A program made the position numbers and the translations under genes. 64,000 nt of DNA from IMG/VR virus record IMGVR_UViG_3300013137_002215. One strand, given 5' to 3'. The notes beneath the pieces are model-generated. The model was not told the DNA's origin, did no database searches, and worked only from the letters and a program-made list of their open reading frames with translations. Each line of letters starts with the position of its first letter. The first letter of the stretch is position 1. The stretch is from an uncultured virus (IMG/VR IMGVR_UViG_3300013137_002215). Lineage: Duplodnaviria; Heunggongvirae; Uroviricota; Caudoviricetes. Positions 46,441-56,771 of the stretch are shown here, one piece after another.

Positions 46441-47355
46441 TTAACAGAATCCTTTATCTTTCATTATTTGTACAAAAACTTTTACTACCCCTTCAGGAGA
46501 AGCATTATTTTCGTACCATTCACTTGCCGCATTAACAATTTCATTCATATTATACTTACTTTCTAAATCTTGTAAAGAAGTGTTTTCATCAAAATATATA
46601 AAATGTTTTCCTGGTATTAATGGATTATAATAAAATGGCTTATAATTCATCAATAAGGGTTTTTTAAGTATCATATAATCTATTTCCCTGCGATTTTTGC
46701 CTTCTGTTAAATGACTGCTTCTGCCCTTAATGATTATACCATATTTACTTTTAATCATTTCTGCGGCATACTCTTCATCATTAATTATTCTGCCACATTT
46801 TAGTTCATTATTGCTTTCTATTACTTTAAATTTTTCTTTAATTAATTTGTTTGTCCATTTCTTTCTACAACGCCACATTTTACCACAAAAGAACCCTAAC
46901 TGTTCAACAGGCAATATAGGAAAAGGAATATTTTTTTTCAAATATTTATATATTGGTCTACTACAGAAAAATGTCCACGGAACAATTTTTTTAGAAAACG
47001 CTATTTTTTCTTCATCTGTCCTTTTGGTTAATATATTTCTTTTATGACATGTTTTTAAAAATCTTGCATCGTCCATTTGTTTGTGTTGCAATTTAATAAT
47101 CAAATCAAAATTATAATCATAAACCTCTTCAGAATAAGTAGGCGTATTATATTCCCAAAAATCCAAATATATTTTTTTACCATTAAATAAAACAATAGCG
47201 GCACGTTCACATCTCATTGCCTTAATTGATAAGTTATGATATTTTACATCAAATAACTGACTGCCTTCCAAGTAACGCAGAAACTCAGTCATACCTAGCG
47301 TCATTAATGGATTAGCTATGTCGTTTTTGTTAATTTCTAATACTGGTTTGTTCAT
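46441..47355 (-). CDS. putative glycosyltransferase (GT-B-like C-terminus)
   Basis: KSKYG..KG..NRREIDYM..P..LIPGKHFI. Confidence 0.55.
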   Translation of the reverse strand: MNKPVLEINKNDIANPLMTLGMTEFLRYLEGSQLFDVKYHNLSIKAMRCERAAIVLFNGKKIYLDFWEYNTPTYSEEVYDYNFDLIIKLQHKQMDDARFLKTCHKRNILTKRTDEEKIAFSKKIVPWTFFCSRPIYKYLKKNIPFPILPVEQLGFFCGKMWRCRKKWTNKLIKEKFKVIESNNELKCGRIINDEEYAAEMIKSKYGIIIKGRSSHLTEGKNRREIDYMILKKPLLMNYKPFYYNPLIPGKHFIYFDENTSLQDLESKYNMNEIVNAASEWYENNASPEGVVKVFVQIMKDKGFC

Positions 47356-48641
47356 TTTGGGTGATTATTTGGCATTACAACAGTACCATCTGGATTAACT
47401 ACCGCCATACAACATAATTTGGTTTGATTATTTTGTTTAGTTGGAGGTGGCATAGGTGTAGTAGTTGAAGTGGTAACAATATCTATTCTTGTTAAATCTG
47501 GTTGTATAACTGTTTGGGGCATAATGGGTTGTGGCGGAATTACGTTTTTATGAACAGGCGGAATAATTGAAGGAGAGATTGAAGGAGAAACAGATACTGG
47601 TTGTTCCATTTTTTCTTTCTTCTCTCTTTCTAATCTTTCTAATTTTTCTCGTTTTTCTTTTTCTTTCTTTTGTATATTTATCTCTGTTTGTATTGCCATC
47701 TTTTTCTTTTCTTCTTCGTTAGGTTCTATTTTCCATTTTGCCCTGTCTTCTAATTTCGTATATAGCCCCCATGTTCTTTCATGTTCTATATCTCCAAGTC
47801 CTTTTGTAGCATTAGTAATAGCTTCGTCAAAAGATATAAACGGAAATACTTTTAAAGAACTCTCTCTATTGCAATTATATACTTTAAATCCAGCAGCATC
47901 GAAATGTGGCTTTAACTGGGGAAAATATTCTTCAATTAATCGCTTATAAGTACTTAAATTACCATTTACTGCCCCTTTATCTCGTTGTTCATCAAAGTGG
48001 TAAGTGTTTTCTGCGGTCATATTTAAATCACAACCAAGTAAATAAACGGTTCTAAATCCAAGCAAGTAAAGTATTCTAAGTGAAGGTAACATAACGCTTC
48101 TACTGCCACCATAGTCTTTATGATTACCCCAATTTATAGTTGTTTCTTTTAAAAATCTATCCGCTATAAAGTGCTCATTGCGTCTGAAACCAACAACATT
48201 CGGACAGGAACCAACTTTCTTATTCATCAATTCCCATTTTTCATTATCAAAAATAGGTTTTTCAAAATGTGCTTGAGGAACAAATTTCATTATTTTAGGA
48301 TCTAGCCATATAGACTTCATAAATCTTGGAGGATCATCAACACATGTCCAAAAATCAGGTCTGAAAGTTTTAGGACCATTATTTACACCTAATGTCATAA
48401 TACCTGGTTTTTTCAATAATGCATGATTTAACTGGCTAAAACTAGGTCCGTTACAAATCATAAATGCAGATGAGCCTTTATATTGACCTATTAAATCTAT
48501 AGGCGCACCATCTCTTGTGAAGAAAAAAGGAATACTCTGTCCAAATTCTTTAGTCACGTCTACCCCCGAATGTCTTTCTCTTGGATGTCTGAAGAACAGA
48601 TCGTCATTCCTATCTATCCTATCATTTTCCAAGTCACTCAT
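47352..48641 (-). CDS. Maf/DUF115-like glycosyltransferase family protein with Pro-rich tail
   Basis: FMICNGPSF, TLGVN, LYLLGFRTVYLLGCDL. Confidence 0.7.
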   Translation of the reverse strand: MSDLENDRIDRNDDLFFRHPRERHSGVDVTKEFGQSIPFFFTRDGAPIDLIGQYKGSSAFMICNGPSFSQLNHALLKKPGIMTLGVNNGPKTFRPDFWTCVDDPPRFMKSIWLDPKIMKFVPQAHFEKPIFDNEKWELMNKKVGSCPNVVGFRRNEHFIADRFLKETTINWGNHKDYGGSRSVMLPSLRILYLLGFRTVYLLGCDLNMTAENTYHFDEQRDKGAVNGNLSTYKRLIEEYFPQLKPHFDAAGFKVYNCNRESSLKVFPFISFDEAITNATKGLGDIEHERTWGLYTKLEDRAKWKIEPNEEEKKKMAIQTEINIQKKEKEKREKLERLEREKKEKMEQPVSVSPSISPSIIPPVHKNVIPPQPIMPQTVIQPDLTRIDIVTTSTTTPMPPPTKQNNQTKLCCMAVVNPDGTVVMPNNHPK

Positions 48642-48956
48642 TTATACAATTTCTTTTGAAGTTATAATTTTAAACCCAGCAATAGTATATGCCGTTTTTT
48701 TAGTTACCGGAATACGAGTTGAAATAGTAGAACTAGATTCGTTGGTCATAATAGTTTTGCCATCTGAATCAGTAACATATTCTTCTATTACTAAAACAGC
48801 AGGATCGCCAGCCTCTATCGTCATATTGATTTTTTTTACCAAATTTTGAATAGGATTACCGTTTTCATCACTAATAGCAATATTTGTCCAATTTACACTA
48901 TCTTCATTATTAGGAAGTACATTATTCACCACGTTTCTAATAACCAGTTTAGACAT
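48642..48956 (-). CDS. hypothetical protein
   Basis: ORF track. Confidence 0.55.
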   Translation of the reverse strand: MSKLVIRNVVNNVLPNNEDSVNWTNIAISDENGNPIQNLVKKINMTIEAGDPAVLVIEEYVTDSDGKTIMTNESSSTISTRIPVTKKTAYTIAGFKIITSKEIV

Positions 48957-48957
48957 A

Positions 48958-49236
48958 TTATCTTTCCTTTAGATTAATAATAGCACTACTAATCCAACTA
49001 TCTGTTTCGTTATTTTTGTCTAAAATTATAAAACTTCCTTGAGTATCTTCGTGCGAAATACTTACATTATACTTATTACACACGGCTAATATTTCATCAA
49101 TAAAACGATTTATTTCTTCATTTTCAACATATTGTTTTAGATTTTTATCCCAGCGTTTCATATATCCTCCATTTATTCGTCTTATAGTATTATACAAAAC
49201 ATTTTCATCTTTGAATATCTGGTCCGCCGCGATCAT
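48958..49236 (-). CDS. hypothetical protein
   Basis: SISHED.QG.F motif. Confidence 0.55.
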   Translation of the reverse strand: MIAADQIFKDENVLYNTIRRINGGYMKRWDKNLKQYVENEEINRFIDEILAVCNKYNVSISHEDTQGSFIILDKNNETDSWISSAIINLKER

Positions 49237-50530
49237 GATTTAAATGGTAGAAAGATTTTACTTCCATAGGACATCTACCGCCCATATGACATCTAAATGC
49301 TCTATCAGACTTAGTACCGCGCCATATATCGCCTTCTCGCTTACTATAAAAACCACCCCTCATATTTATAGCAGCAACATTAGCTAATTGAAAATTCCCT
49401 GGAGCAGTATTTTTTCCAGTGACACGTTTAATTGGCCATTTTGCAGGAATATCAGCAACATTCTCAACAACACATGGATATTGCCTGTTGTCTTCTTCAA
49501 AATATTTAATACAAAAAGGTATATCTAAAGAAATTCTATCCGCACCTATACAACGTGTTTCAAATGCAAATTTACCTCTAATTTGATTATGTATATCTTC
49601 AAAGAAATAAGCGTCATATACCAAATCTGAATCGGCAAAAAGCATCCAATCAGCAGTAGTATTTTTGACCTGTATGTTTCTCGCAACAGCCCTATTACTT
49701 GCCTGTTTTTCTGTCACTATTGTTTGCTTTATATTCAATCCTTGTTTAATAAAAAACTCACAAACTTCTTTAGTAGTTGGAGTGCCATCATTTTCACAAA
49801 AAGAGATATTAACAATTATATTTGGAATATCGCCTTTTTGCTGCAATATAGAACTTAACATCCAACACAATCTATGCTGATACCTGTGACAATGAATACA
49901 TACTTCCAATGTCTGTTTATTACTTACTTTTTCAATATAATCAACAGGTTTTTCAATCATCCATAAATTATCTTGTGAAGTTAACTTTAAACCCTTAATT
50001 TTAGCAAAAAAATCAAGTACTCTTTTAGTATTGCTTTTAATATTCTTTCTATAACGTCTTTTTTTGCTATTATTAAACATACCACTATCTACATCTTCTC
50101 CATATTTAAATCCGAACAATACTCCGCCGTTTTTAAGTTTATCAAAAGCGACCTTAATATCTTCTATTAGTCCATTATCCGTCATATTACCATCTAAACA
50201 GCAAAAATCAACTTTTTCTTTTATTTTACTAATTTCGTCCTTACTATCGCCACGAATTATTATTACGTTATTATTTTGTATTTTTGTTTTAAAATCATTA
50301 AGTGCTTTTTCACCTTCATTATTCTCAAAATATACTTTCCCATCATTAATATTTTTATCCCAATTTTTCCATAAATCTATACAATAAAGCTTTTTAATAG
50401 GCTTGTTTTTTAATATAAAATCAGTAAAATGCCCTTCGCCAGCACCAACCTCTATTCCCACATCAAGTATCCTATTATCAAGTAATTTTAATATATCTTC
50501 TTTATTTGTCATATACTCCACCCCATCCAT
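49205..50530 (-). CDS. methyltransferase-glycosyltransferase (GT-A) fusion
   Basis: GIEVGAGEG..IDLW..GDS..LDG; then ARN..WMLFADSD. Confidence 0.75.
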   Translation of the reverse strand: MDGVEYMTNKEDILKLLDNRILDVGIEVGAGEGHFTDFILKNKPIKKLYCIDLWKNWDKNINDGKVYFENNEGEKALNDFKTKIQNNNVIIIRGDSKDEISKIKEKVDFCCLDGNMTDNGLIEDIKVAFDKLKNGGVLFGFKYGEDVDSGMFNNSKKRRYRKNIKSNTKRVLDFFAKIKGLKLTSQDNLWMIEKPVDYIEKVSNKQTLEVCIHCHRYQHRLCWMLSSILQQKGDIPNIIVNISFCENDGTPTTKEVCEFFIKQGLNIKQTIVTEKQASNRAVARNIQVKNTTADWMLFADSDLVYDAYFFEDIHNQIRGKFAFETRCIGADRISLDIPFCIKYFEEDNRQYPCVVENVADIPAKWPIKRVTGKNTAPGNFQLANVAAINMRGGFYSKREGDIWRGTKSDRAFRCHMGGRCPMEVKSFYHLNHDRGGPDIQR

Positions 50531-51272
50531 TTATATTTACAGCATGTTTTCCAGCCACTGCCAATCTTTTCTTATTTTCTTCCTGATATTCCAAATCTTT
50601 TTTATTATCGGGTTTAAAATGCGACTGATGAAACAACATTATATCCTCATGTGACTCTCCTATCCAAACTACATTCATACCCGACTTTTCTACTCGTGTT
50701 AATAAGTCATAATCTTCACTTCCCCAACCATAATAACTTTCATCAAACTGTATTTTATCCCAATCTGTACGCTTCATACATTGACACCCGCCAGCAGTTG
50801 TTCTTTTCTTTATTCTACCTCTTTTAATACTATCTAAATTATTATATGGATCTAATTCGCCACTATAAATTTTAGAAGTAACACAAGACTTTAAATACAT
50901 TGTGCGCGACTCTACAAAAGTTCCTTGTTGACATTTACTTACTAAGGTTTCTACGAATTTAGGCGCAAATAACATGTCTACATCTGTTGTCATTGCATAT
51001 TCACCATTTGCATTTCTAACACCGACATTATTTAATAGAGATCTCAAAAAAACATCACCTATTTTATATTGAACAAATCGTACTGGTATTTTAAATGTAT
51101 TTTTTGCAAAATAATCTTTTAATTCTTCGTAATTATCACTTCCACCATCGGCTATAAGCAATTCAAAATCAGTAAATGTCTGCCACTGAACTGATTTGAT
51201 AAAATAATCGCTTATATCGTGGTTCAGTTTAAGTCTATTTTTATTAGACGCCGCAATAGTCAGTTTCATCAC
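50502..51272 (-). CDS. GT2/GT7-like glycosyltransferase
   Basis: QTFTDFELLIADGGSD, NVGVRNA, TDVD, FDESYYGWGSEDYD. Confidence 0.88.
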   Translation of the reverse strand: MMKLTIAASNKNRLKLNHDISDYFIKSVQWQTFTDFELLIADGGSDNYEELKDYFAKNTFKIPVRFVQYKIGDVFLRSLLNNVGVRNANGEYAMTTDVDMLFAPKFVETLVSKCQQGTFVESRTMYLKSCVTSKIYSGELDPYNNLDSIKRGRIKKRTTAGGCQCMKRTDWDKIQFDESYYGWGSEDYDLLTRVEKSGMNVVWIGESHEDIMLFHQSHFKPDNKKDLEYQEENKKRLAVAGKHAVNINGWGGVYDK

Positions 51273-51277
51273 ACAGA

Positions 51278-51982
51278 TTAGCTTCCCTGATAATGGATAA
51301 AATAAATATCTTTTTTCCCCATTCTTTCAGTTTTACCATAAACAGAACACCTATGCAAATTAACAACTTCGGGTTCAAATAAATCCCAATAAGTATCTAG
51401 TCCCTTCCACCCATCAGTTACAACATCAACATATTTTGCCATAGCTGGTTCTGCAGATGGACCTTTCATTGTTTCCCATATTTCTATAAGTTTTTGAGGA
51501 ATGGTTTTATCACTTATATATAAAAATCCACCATTAGGAATTTTTCTTGTATCTTTATCTCCTCTCCAAGGTGCCTTAACTCTATGATATTGCAATAAAT
51601 TAGCTTGGAAACTTGCTTTTTTTTCTAATAACTTCCAAAAATTTTCATCAATGTTTTTTTGAGGTTTACAATCCCAATCTATGTGTACCAGCTCGTCACA
51701 TTTTTCTACTTCCATAGCATATTTTAAAGTTTCCAGTTTGTGACGATATTGACATTTTAAGGGATCAAACATGTGTGGTTCAGGATGAATTAACACACAA
51801 TCAAAGCCAAAAGATTTCAAAAACTCAAAATTATCCTTACCAAAAACATAAGTAACAAAAGGGTGTTTATATTGACATTTCAAAATACCTTCAATGTTTT
51901 TATCAACACGTTTTTTTCTTTTGGTAATACGATTAGAATCATCATAAATACCCCAATAAGCTCTCATAAACAATCTAGACAT
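51278..51982 (-). CDS. putative glycosyltransferase, DWD paralog family
   Basis: RAYWG, FGKDN, HKL, IDWD, NGGFLY. Confidence 0.6.
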   Translation of the reverse strand: MSRLFMRAYWGIYDDSNRITKRKKRVDKNIEGILKCQYKHPFVTYVFGKDNFEFLKSFGFDCVLIHPEPHMFDPLKCQYRHKLETLKYAMEVEKCDELVHIDWDCKPQKNIDENFWKLLEKKASFQANLLQYHRVKAPWRGDKDTRKIPNGGFLYISDKTIPQKLIEIWETMKGPSAEPAMAKYVDVVTDGWKGLDTYWDLFEPEVVNLHRCSVYGKTERMGKKDIYFIHYQGS

Positions 51983-52008
51983 AAAACAAGTCCTTATTTA
52001 ATAATATT

Positions 52009-52833
52009 CTACAACGATTTAATATAATTTTCAAGCCCATGACACTTATCTAACAAAAGTTGTGCCACCTTATTTTTTTTCTCATTAACATTGGGAATAC
52101 CTGCAACCCTTCCCAAAACCCCCCTTACAAAATGTTTATTGCAATGAACATAATATGTTGTTTTGGTTTTTATTAATTCGGGTGGATAGTTGTTTGCCTG
52201 TGTATAGTGAAATTTGGGTTCATACAACTCCCAATACTTTAGTCGTCCTTGCCAGCCACCCACAAATTCATCGGTATAAATAGCCATAATCTGTTCTTCT
52301 GAAAGCAACTTGTTTTCTGGACTTCTTTTCCATATATTAATAAGTTTCATGGGTATGGTTTTGTCTCTAATATAAACAAAAGTTGCTCCTGGTCGCTTTG
52401 TCCTGTCTGTTTTACGCCATGGGCATTTGACTTTTCTATAAGAGTGTAAAGTAGCTTGTATGGGTTCTTTTTTAGCCAACTCTTCCCAAAAATTTTCTGG
52501 TTTGGGACGTGTTTCAATACAATCCCAATCAGTAAAGACTATTTCATCAAAGTCTTTCATTGCCTCTTTCCAAACAAACAACTTATGAGAATAATAATGA
52601 GATCCTATCGCTTTTTGATATAAAACCGGTTGTTTGCTTACTAGAAAACACTTAAACCCCATATCGGTTAAATATTTATAATTATCTTCTCCAAAAACAT
52701 AAACATAAAAAGGATTGGTAAACTTATTTAACAAACATAGTTTAATATCGTCATCAACCTTAAATCGTCTTCCTAAAATACGATCTTCTCTGGTATATTT
52801 ACCCCACAAAGCTCTAACAAAAACCTTATTCAT
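52009..52833 (-). CDS. putative glycosyltransferase, DWD paralog family
   Basis: RALWG, FGEDN, HKL, DEIVFTDWD. Confidence 0.6.
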   Translation of the reverse strand: MNKVFVRALWGKYTREDRILGRRFKVDDDIKLCLLNKFTNPFYVYVFGEDNYKYLTDMGFKCFLVSKQPVLYQKAIGSHYYSHKLFVWKEAMKDFDEIVFTDWDCIETRPKPENFWEELAKKEPIQATLHSYRKVKCPWRKTDRTKRPGATFVYIRDKTIPMKLINIWKRSPENKLLSEEQIMAIYTDEFVGGWQGRLKYWELYEPKFHYTQANNYPPELIKTKTTYYVHCNKHFVRGVLGRVAGIPNVNEKKNKVAQLLLDKCHGLENYIKSL

Positions 52834-52913
52834 ATATGCCCTTTCAAATTAACAATAATATTATACAAAAAAACAATCAAAAACAACCTTGCCATATTTT
52901 GTATAATAAATTC

Positions 52914-54035
52914 ATGGAAAAATACAAAATATCTATTGTTTTCGGAACAAGACCTGAAGTTATTAAACTCGCTCCGTTAATCAAAGAATTAAAATCATAT
53001 AAGAAAATAAATTGCAATGTGTGTACAACGGGTCAACATAAACAAATGCTAGAACAAACACTACGTATATTTGATATTACTCCCGATGTTAATTTAAACG
53101 TAATGAAAAAGAATCAGTCTTTAAGCATATTAACCTCTAATATCTTGACAAAAATAGAAAAATATATAAAAAAAGAAAAACCACAATTAATCATAGTTCA
53201 TGGAGACACAACAACCGCCTTGTCAGCAACCTTGGCAGCATTTTATCAACAAATTCCAGTTGCACATGTGGAAGCCGGATTAAGAACTCATAATTTATAT
53301 TCCCCTTGGCCAGAAGAAGCTAATAGAATCATAATAGATAAATTATGCTCTATTCATTTTGTTCCAACAGAAGAAAACAAAAACAACCTGCTAAAAGAAA
53401 ACATAGATCCACATTCTATTTTTATTACTGGCAATACAGTGGTTGATGCAATACTATGGGCAAAAAAAGAAATAAAAAACAAAAATAAATTAACTCTACC
53501 CAATCTTTATCCCGACATTTATTCCTGTTCTCAAGAAATTATATTAATAACTGGACACAGAAGAGAAAATTTTGGTAGTGGATTTGAAAAAATATGTAGG
53601 GCGATATCAAGGTTAGCGACAAAATACACAAATATTTTATTTGTTTATCCTGTTCATTTAAATCCAAATGTAAGCACCATAGTACACCGCATGTTAGGAA
53701 ACTATAAAAATATACGCCTAATTAGTCCATTACAATATCTTGACTTTGTTTATCTTATGAACAAGTCCAAAATAATATTGACAGATTCTGGCGGAATTCA
53801 AGAAGAAGCTCCCACATTACAAAAACCAGTTCTATTAATGCGAGAAAATACCGAACGACCAGAAAGCAACATTCTAAAAGTTGGAACCAGTAGTGAAAAA
53901 ATAATCAAAGAGGTAGACAAACTAATAAATAATAAAGAAAAAGAAATAAAACATAAAAATCCTTATGGCGACGGGAAGGCATCAGAAAGAATAGCCAAAA
54001 TTATAAACAACTATCTTAAAACTATGAATCGTTAG
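52914..54035 (+). CDS. wecB: UDP-N-acetylglucosamine 2-epimerase (non-hydrolysing)
   Basis: VFGTRPEVIK, TGQH, VHGDT, HVEAGLRT, PEEANR, HRREN, TDSGGIQEEA, NPYGDG. Confidence 0.97.
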   Translation: MEKYKISIVFGTRPEVIKLAPLIKELKSYKKINCNVCTTGQHKQMLEQTLRIFDITPDVNLNVMKKNQSLSILTSNILTKIEKYIKKEKPQLIIVHGDTTTALSATLAAFYQQIPVAHVEAGLRTHNLYSPWPEEANRIIIDKLCSIHFVPTEENKNNLLKENIDPHSIFITGNTVVDAILWAKKEIKNKNKLTLPNLYPDIYSCSQEIILITGHRRENFGSGFEKICRAISRLATKYTNILFVYPVHLNPNVSTIVHRMLGNYKNIRLISPLQYLDFVYLMNKSKIILTDSGGIQEEAPTLQKPVLLMRENTERPESNILKVGTSSEKIIKEVDKLINNKEKEIKHKNPYGDGKASERIAKIINNYLKTMNR

Positions 54036-54645
54036 TTTTTTCAAAAATAAACTGTACTTCTTTATGTTTTCCTCTATATAGTCTTGGTTTAATATCCTCT
54101 GTTTTTCTTAACTTAAACCCATATTTGCTGCATTCATCAATAATATCCTTATAATTTTCTATAAACATTACTTCATATCTACCAAACATTTGCTGTGAAG
54201 AAAAAAAATCCAATACAAATAACCCATTTAGTTTCAGGACTTTATTTACATTTTCAAAAAACATCTTATAATCCCATGTATGATCAAAAGAGTTAGAATA
54301 AACAATATCAAATTCTTTTATATATGGCAGATTATTAAAGTCACCTTTTATTACATGTGGTGGAAATGGAACCAAATCTATACCGATAGCATCAAAACCC
54401 AACTGAATTAATGCCACAACTTCTTCGCCCAATCTTGCCCCTAAACATAGTGCTCTTTTATTATTCAAACCAATGTTTTTTAAATTAGAAAATCTGGTTT
54501 TAAAAGCATCTATTTTTCTTATCATTTTTTTAGAAAGCTTTCCCCTGAGTTTATTGGATGATGTTTTTTCTGATTGGTGTTTTAGATAATCGCCGTATGA
54601 ATTATAGTCCCTTTTTTTAATTATTGACATGACGATTGCCCTCAT
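54022..54645 (-). CDS. class I SAM methyltransferase
   Basis: LCLGARLGEEV, GIDL, GDF, YSNSFDH. Confidence 0.8.
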   Translation of the reverse strand: MRAIVMSIIKKRDYNSYGDYLKHQSEKTSSNKLRGKLSKKMIRKIDAFKTRFSNLKNIGLNNKRALCLGARLGEEVVALIQLGFDAIGIDLVPFPPHVIKGDFNNLPYIKEFDIVYSNSFDHTWDYKMFFENVNKVLKLNGLFVLDFFSSQQMFGRYEVMFIENYKDIIDECSKYGFKLRKTEDIKPRLYRGKHKEVQFIFEKTNDS

Positions 54646-55267
54646 TTTCCACTATAAGATTAGAACAAAAACTCTCATATGGATAAAAATCATTTGCAAT
54701 TTGTTTTCTAACCGCTATACCCTCAAATTTTTCTGCAAATCCGTTTTTGTCATCCTTGTTTATAAATTTATCTATAATTATCTCGTATTTATTATCTTCT
54801 GATAGCTTTTTAATAAAATCTTCATGATAGACATATTTACAATGACGTTTTTCTACGATAATAGGAATAAGATGTGCCACTATGCCTCCTACTCTTAAAA
54901 ACCTATGAATATTCGCAAAAAAATTATACTGTCCCATTAAACTGTTATCATTAATGTGTTCAGCCACTTCATAATTAGTAACAATATCAAAATGTTCATT
55001 ATATTTTTCTATATATTGCAACTCAGACAAATCAACTTTTTCAGAACCACACTCACCATTAGTATCAAAAGAAACATGCTCTCCTATACCCATATCAAAA
55101 AAAAACCCTTTAGAAGTTACAAAATGTCTTTGTCTATAACTTCTAGGGAAAGAATGCCGTCGCATTTTTTGATTGCCTAATTCGCACATTTTAATCTGAT
55201 CTAATGGCATGTTAATATTTTTCAATGCAGCATCAATTACAAAATAACTATAAAGTGCTATCCCCAT
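54617..55267 (-). CDS. methyltransferase-like protein
   Basis: MCELGNQ, FDIVTN..AEH, LRVGG. Confidence 0.7.
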   Translation of the reverse strand: MGIALYSYFVIDAALKNINMPLDQIKMCELGNQKMRRHSFPRSYRQRHFVTSKGFFFDMGIGEHVSFDTNGECGSEKVDLSELQYIEKYNEHFDIVTNYEVAEHINDNSLMGQYNFFANIHRFLRVGGIVAHLIPIIVEKRHCKYVYHEDFIKKLSEDNKYEIIIDKFINKDDKNGFAEKFEGIAVRKQIANDFYPYESFCSNLIVENEGNRHVNN

Positions 55268-55274
55268 TTTATAT

Positions 55275-56192
55275 CTATCTTCTTATTAATTTGTCGCCAC
55301 TAAAACCATATTTTTTAAACAACTCCATTAGCTTGTTGTCAATAACGCTTACACCATGTCTATTTTGTCCTAAACAAAAACAATTATAACACGATTCATA
55401 CTCCAAATGAAAATGTGCAACTTTAATGGGTTTTTGAGCAACACGATATTTTCTGTCAAAATGAGCAACCCTGAATAAATCATATGTCCAGTCCAACCAA
55501 CTAAAATTACTTATAAAGGCACCAGCATATTGATCTATACAGTGTCGTTGTTTACTATAAATATCAATATAAAGCTTATATTTGTTTTTAGATTTTTCAT
55601 TATTAACAACAGCCATTTTTTGAGTACACACGGCTATCTTTTTATCATATTTTGCCAACAACTTTTTCTTACAGTCATTATAAAATAAAGGGAAAAACGA
55701 TTCTTCTTTTTCAGGTTTAAACAACATAATCATTTCAGCTATAACATCAATAAATTTAAATGCACTTTTTCTATAAAACGAACTACCTCCCTGCGGTTTA
55801 TTTCGTCCTGGTGCATGTCGTGTAAAGCCAATATCTTTACATTCAGAAGGAAATTCAAAAGGAACCAGTTGATAAGCATCCGCATCATGTAACCAGAAAT
55901 TATCATTAATAACACCGCTTTTTATCATTTGATTCACAACAACCAGCTTATTAACAAAAGAACTCCAACCACATATTTCAGATACTTTATATGCTTTAAC
56001 CCCCATATATTCAAAATCAAAATTTGTTATCAATATTATGTCTTTTTTATCCCAACCCATTCTTAAGGAATTCTCTACTTGAAGTTGAAGATATCGATCA
56101 ATAATAGACATGTCCTTTTTATATCTAAAATGACTACCAACATTATTCTTTATCCACACTATAACGTTTTGCATGTTAAATTTGTTACTCAT
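55275..56192 (-). CDS. putative glycosyltransferase (DxD)
   Basis: LITNF.FEYMG, WLHDADAYQ, HFH. Confidence 0.5.
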   Translation of the reverse strand: MSNKFNMQNVIVWIKNNVGSHFRYKKDMSIIDRYLQLQVENSLRMGWDKKDIILITNFDFEYMGVKAYKVSEICGWSSFVNKLVVVNQMIKSGVINDNFWLHDADAYQLVPFEFPSECKDIGFTRHAPGRNKPQGGSSFYRKSAFKFIDVIAEMIMLFKPEKEESFFPLFYNDCKKKLLAKYDKKIAVCTQKMAVVNNEKSKNKYKLYIDIYSKQRHCIDQYAGAFISNFSWLDWTYDLFRVAHFDRKYRVAQKPIKVAHFHLEYESCYNCFCLGQNRHGVSVIDNKLMELFKKYGFSGDKLIRR

Positions 56193-56770
56193 TTTAAGAA
56201 CACGTATTTCATTTCTGGTAACAGTTCTAAACTTTTAATATTAGTAAGTTTTTCAATCATCAGTTTATGATCTTTTTCTGTCATACGTATTTTATCCCAA
56301 TGAAACTCTATAAAAAGCTTTTTAATTAAATTTATACTCTTGTCTTCAATCATCTTATTCAAAACTGCATATTCCGCACCCTCTATGTCCATTTTTAAAA
56401 TAATAAAATCATCACTATTAAAATTATTTAACAACCACCTGCTAAAATCGATACACTTAGTAGATATTGGCTTATTTTTATTTAATCTGCCGGTTATTTT
56501 TTCTTTAATTAGGGTGCTACCAACATTATACTTGTCATTACGCCCATTTCTAACATAAAAATCCACAACTCCGTCATTAATCCAAACAGCGTCTCTAAAT
56601 GTAATAATATTTATTCCTTTATTTCGTTTTTTTACCAAATACTTATCTATGTTAATAATCGGTTCAAAAGTATATAATAAAAAATCAGACTTATATAAAG
56701 GAGATTTCAAAAAGAGCTTTATAGACTCCCCCATATGTCCACCACAATCTATAAAAATATTTCTAGACAT
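56189..56770 (-). CDS. FkbM-family methyltransferase
   Basis: FIDCGGHMG, FEP, ILKMDIEGAEY, IEFH. Confidence 0.9.
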   Translation of the reverse strand: MSRNIFIDCGGHMGESIKLFLKSPLYKSDFLLYTFEPIINIDKYLVKKRNKGINIITFRDAVWINDGVVDFYVRNGRNDKYNVGSTLIKEKITGRLNKNKPISTKCIDFSRWLLNNFNSDDFIILKMDIEGAEYAVLNKMIEDKSINLIKKLFIEFHWDKIRMTEKDHKLMIEKLTNIKSLELLPEMKYVFLK

Positions 56771-56771
56771 A